49,488 nt of DNA, taken from positions 1 to 49,488 of the forward strand of contig JBHJGN010000094.1 in NCBI GenBank assembly GCA_050331735.1, read 5' to 3'. Positions 49,351-49,488 of this stretch are shown here, in pieces. A model generated the notes under the pieces. The model saw only the letters and a program-made list of their open reading frames with translations. It was not told the origin of the DNA and searched no databases. This DNA is from Cyanophyceae cyanobacterium (GTDB lineage Bacteria > Cyanobacteriota > Cyanobacteriia > Cyanobacteriales > JBHJGN01). Each line of letters begins with the position of its first letter. Within the stretch, counting starts at the first letter, position 1. A program made the position numbers and the translations under genes.

Positions 49351-49488
49351 TTAGCCATTGATAGAGGGAGCCGTCAGAGCAACCGTCTGGGCCTCAGCAC
49401 TAGCCAAGTCTAAGGGGAAGTTGTGAGCATTGCGCTCGTGCATCACCTCGAAACCCAGGTTCGCCCGGTTGAGCACGTCCGCCCAGGT
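49351..49488 (-). CDS. psbA: Photosystem II D1 protein, 3' end (partial; not in the ORF track)
   Basis: [45 protein letters not shown]. Confidence 0.97.
   Translation of the reverse strand, partial: TWADVLNRANLGFEVMHERNAHNFPLDLASAEAQTVALTAPSING

Noticed and set aside
1..49488. CRISPR array
   Set aside because: No regularly spaced repeats with unique spacers. The repeats seen are coding tandem repeats, heptamers, MITEs or att-associated.

Overview
Cyanobacterial chromosome window (many HIP1 GCGATCGC octamers, psbA, rbcR, sigF). Bases 1 to about 16,150 are the right part of a HIP1-poor genomic island that abuts the 3' end of tRNA-Ala(CGC). The island carries a four-gene DUF499 / DUF3780 / DUF1156 methyltransferase / PLD-SNF2 helicase 'restriction-like' anti-phage locus, whose first gene appears split by an IS630 insertion. 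It also has a recD2 remnant, a small RHH gene missed by the ORF track, an integron attC-like site beside a DUF433/DUF5615 toxin-antitoxin pair, a phage/plasmid-like leftward module (unknown gene, UvrD helicase, Gp157, unknown SSB/annealase candidate), and an excisionase-like HTH gene followed by repeats resembling integrase arm sites. The rest is mostly core genome (folK, NUDIX, trxC-like, Z-ISO/NnrU, rbcR, txlA, sigF, msrB/msrA, GH63, rodZ, malQ, aroC, dxr, psbA 3' end). It also holds two copies of a MITE with TAA/TTA target duplications, a truncated NB-ARC-type gene next to REP-like hairpins, a canonical NtcA promoter before a small unknown gene, and unannotated small ORFs. All calls come from reading motifs by eye; no database searches were run.
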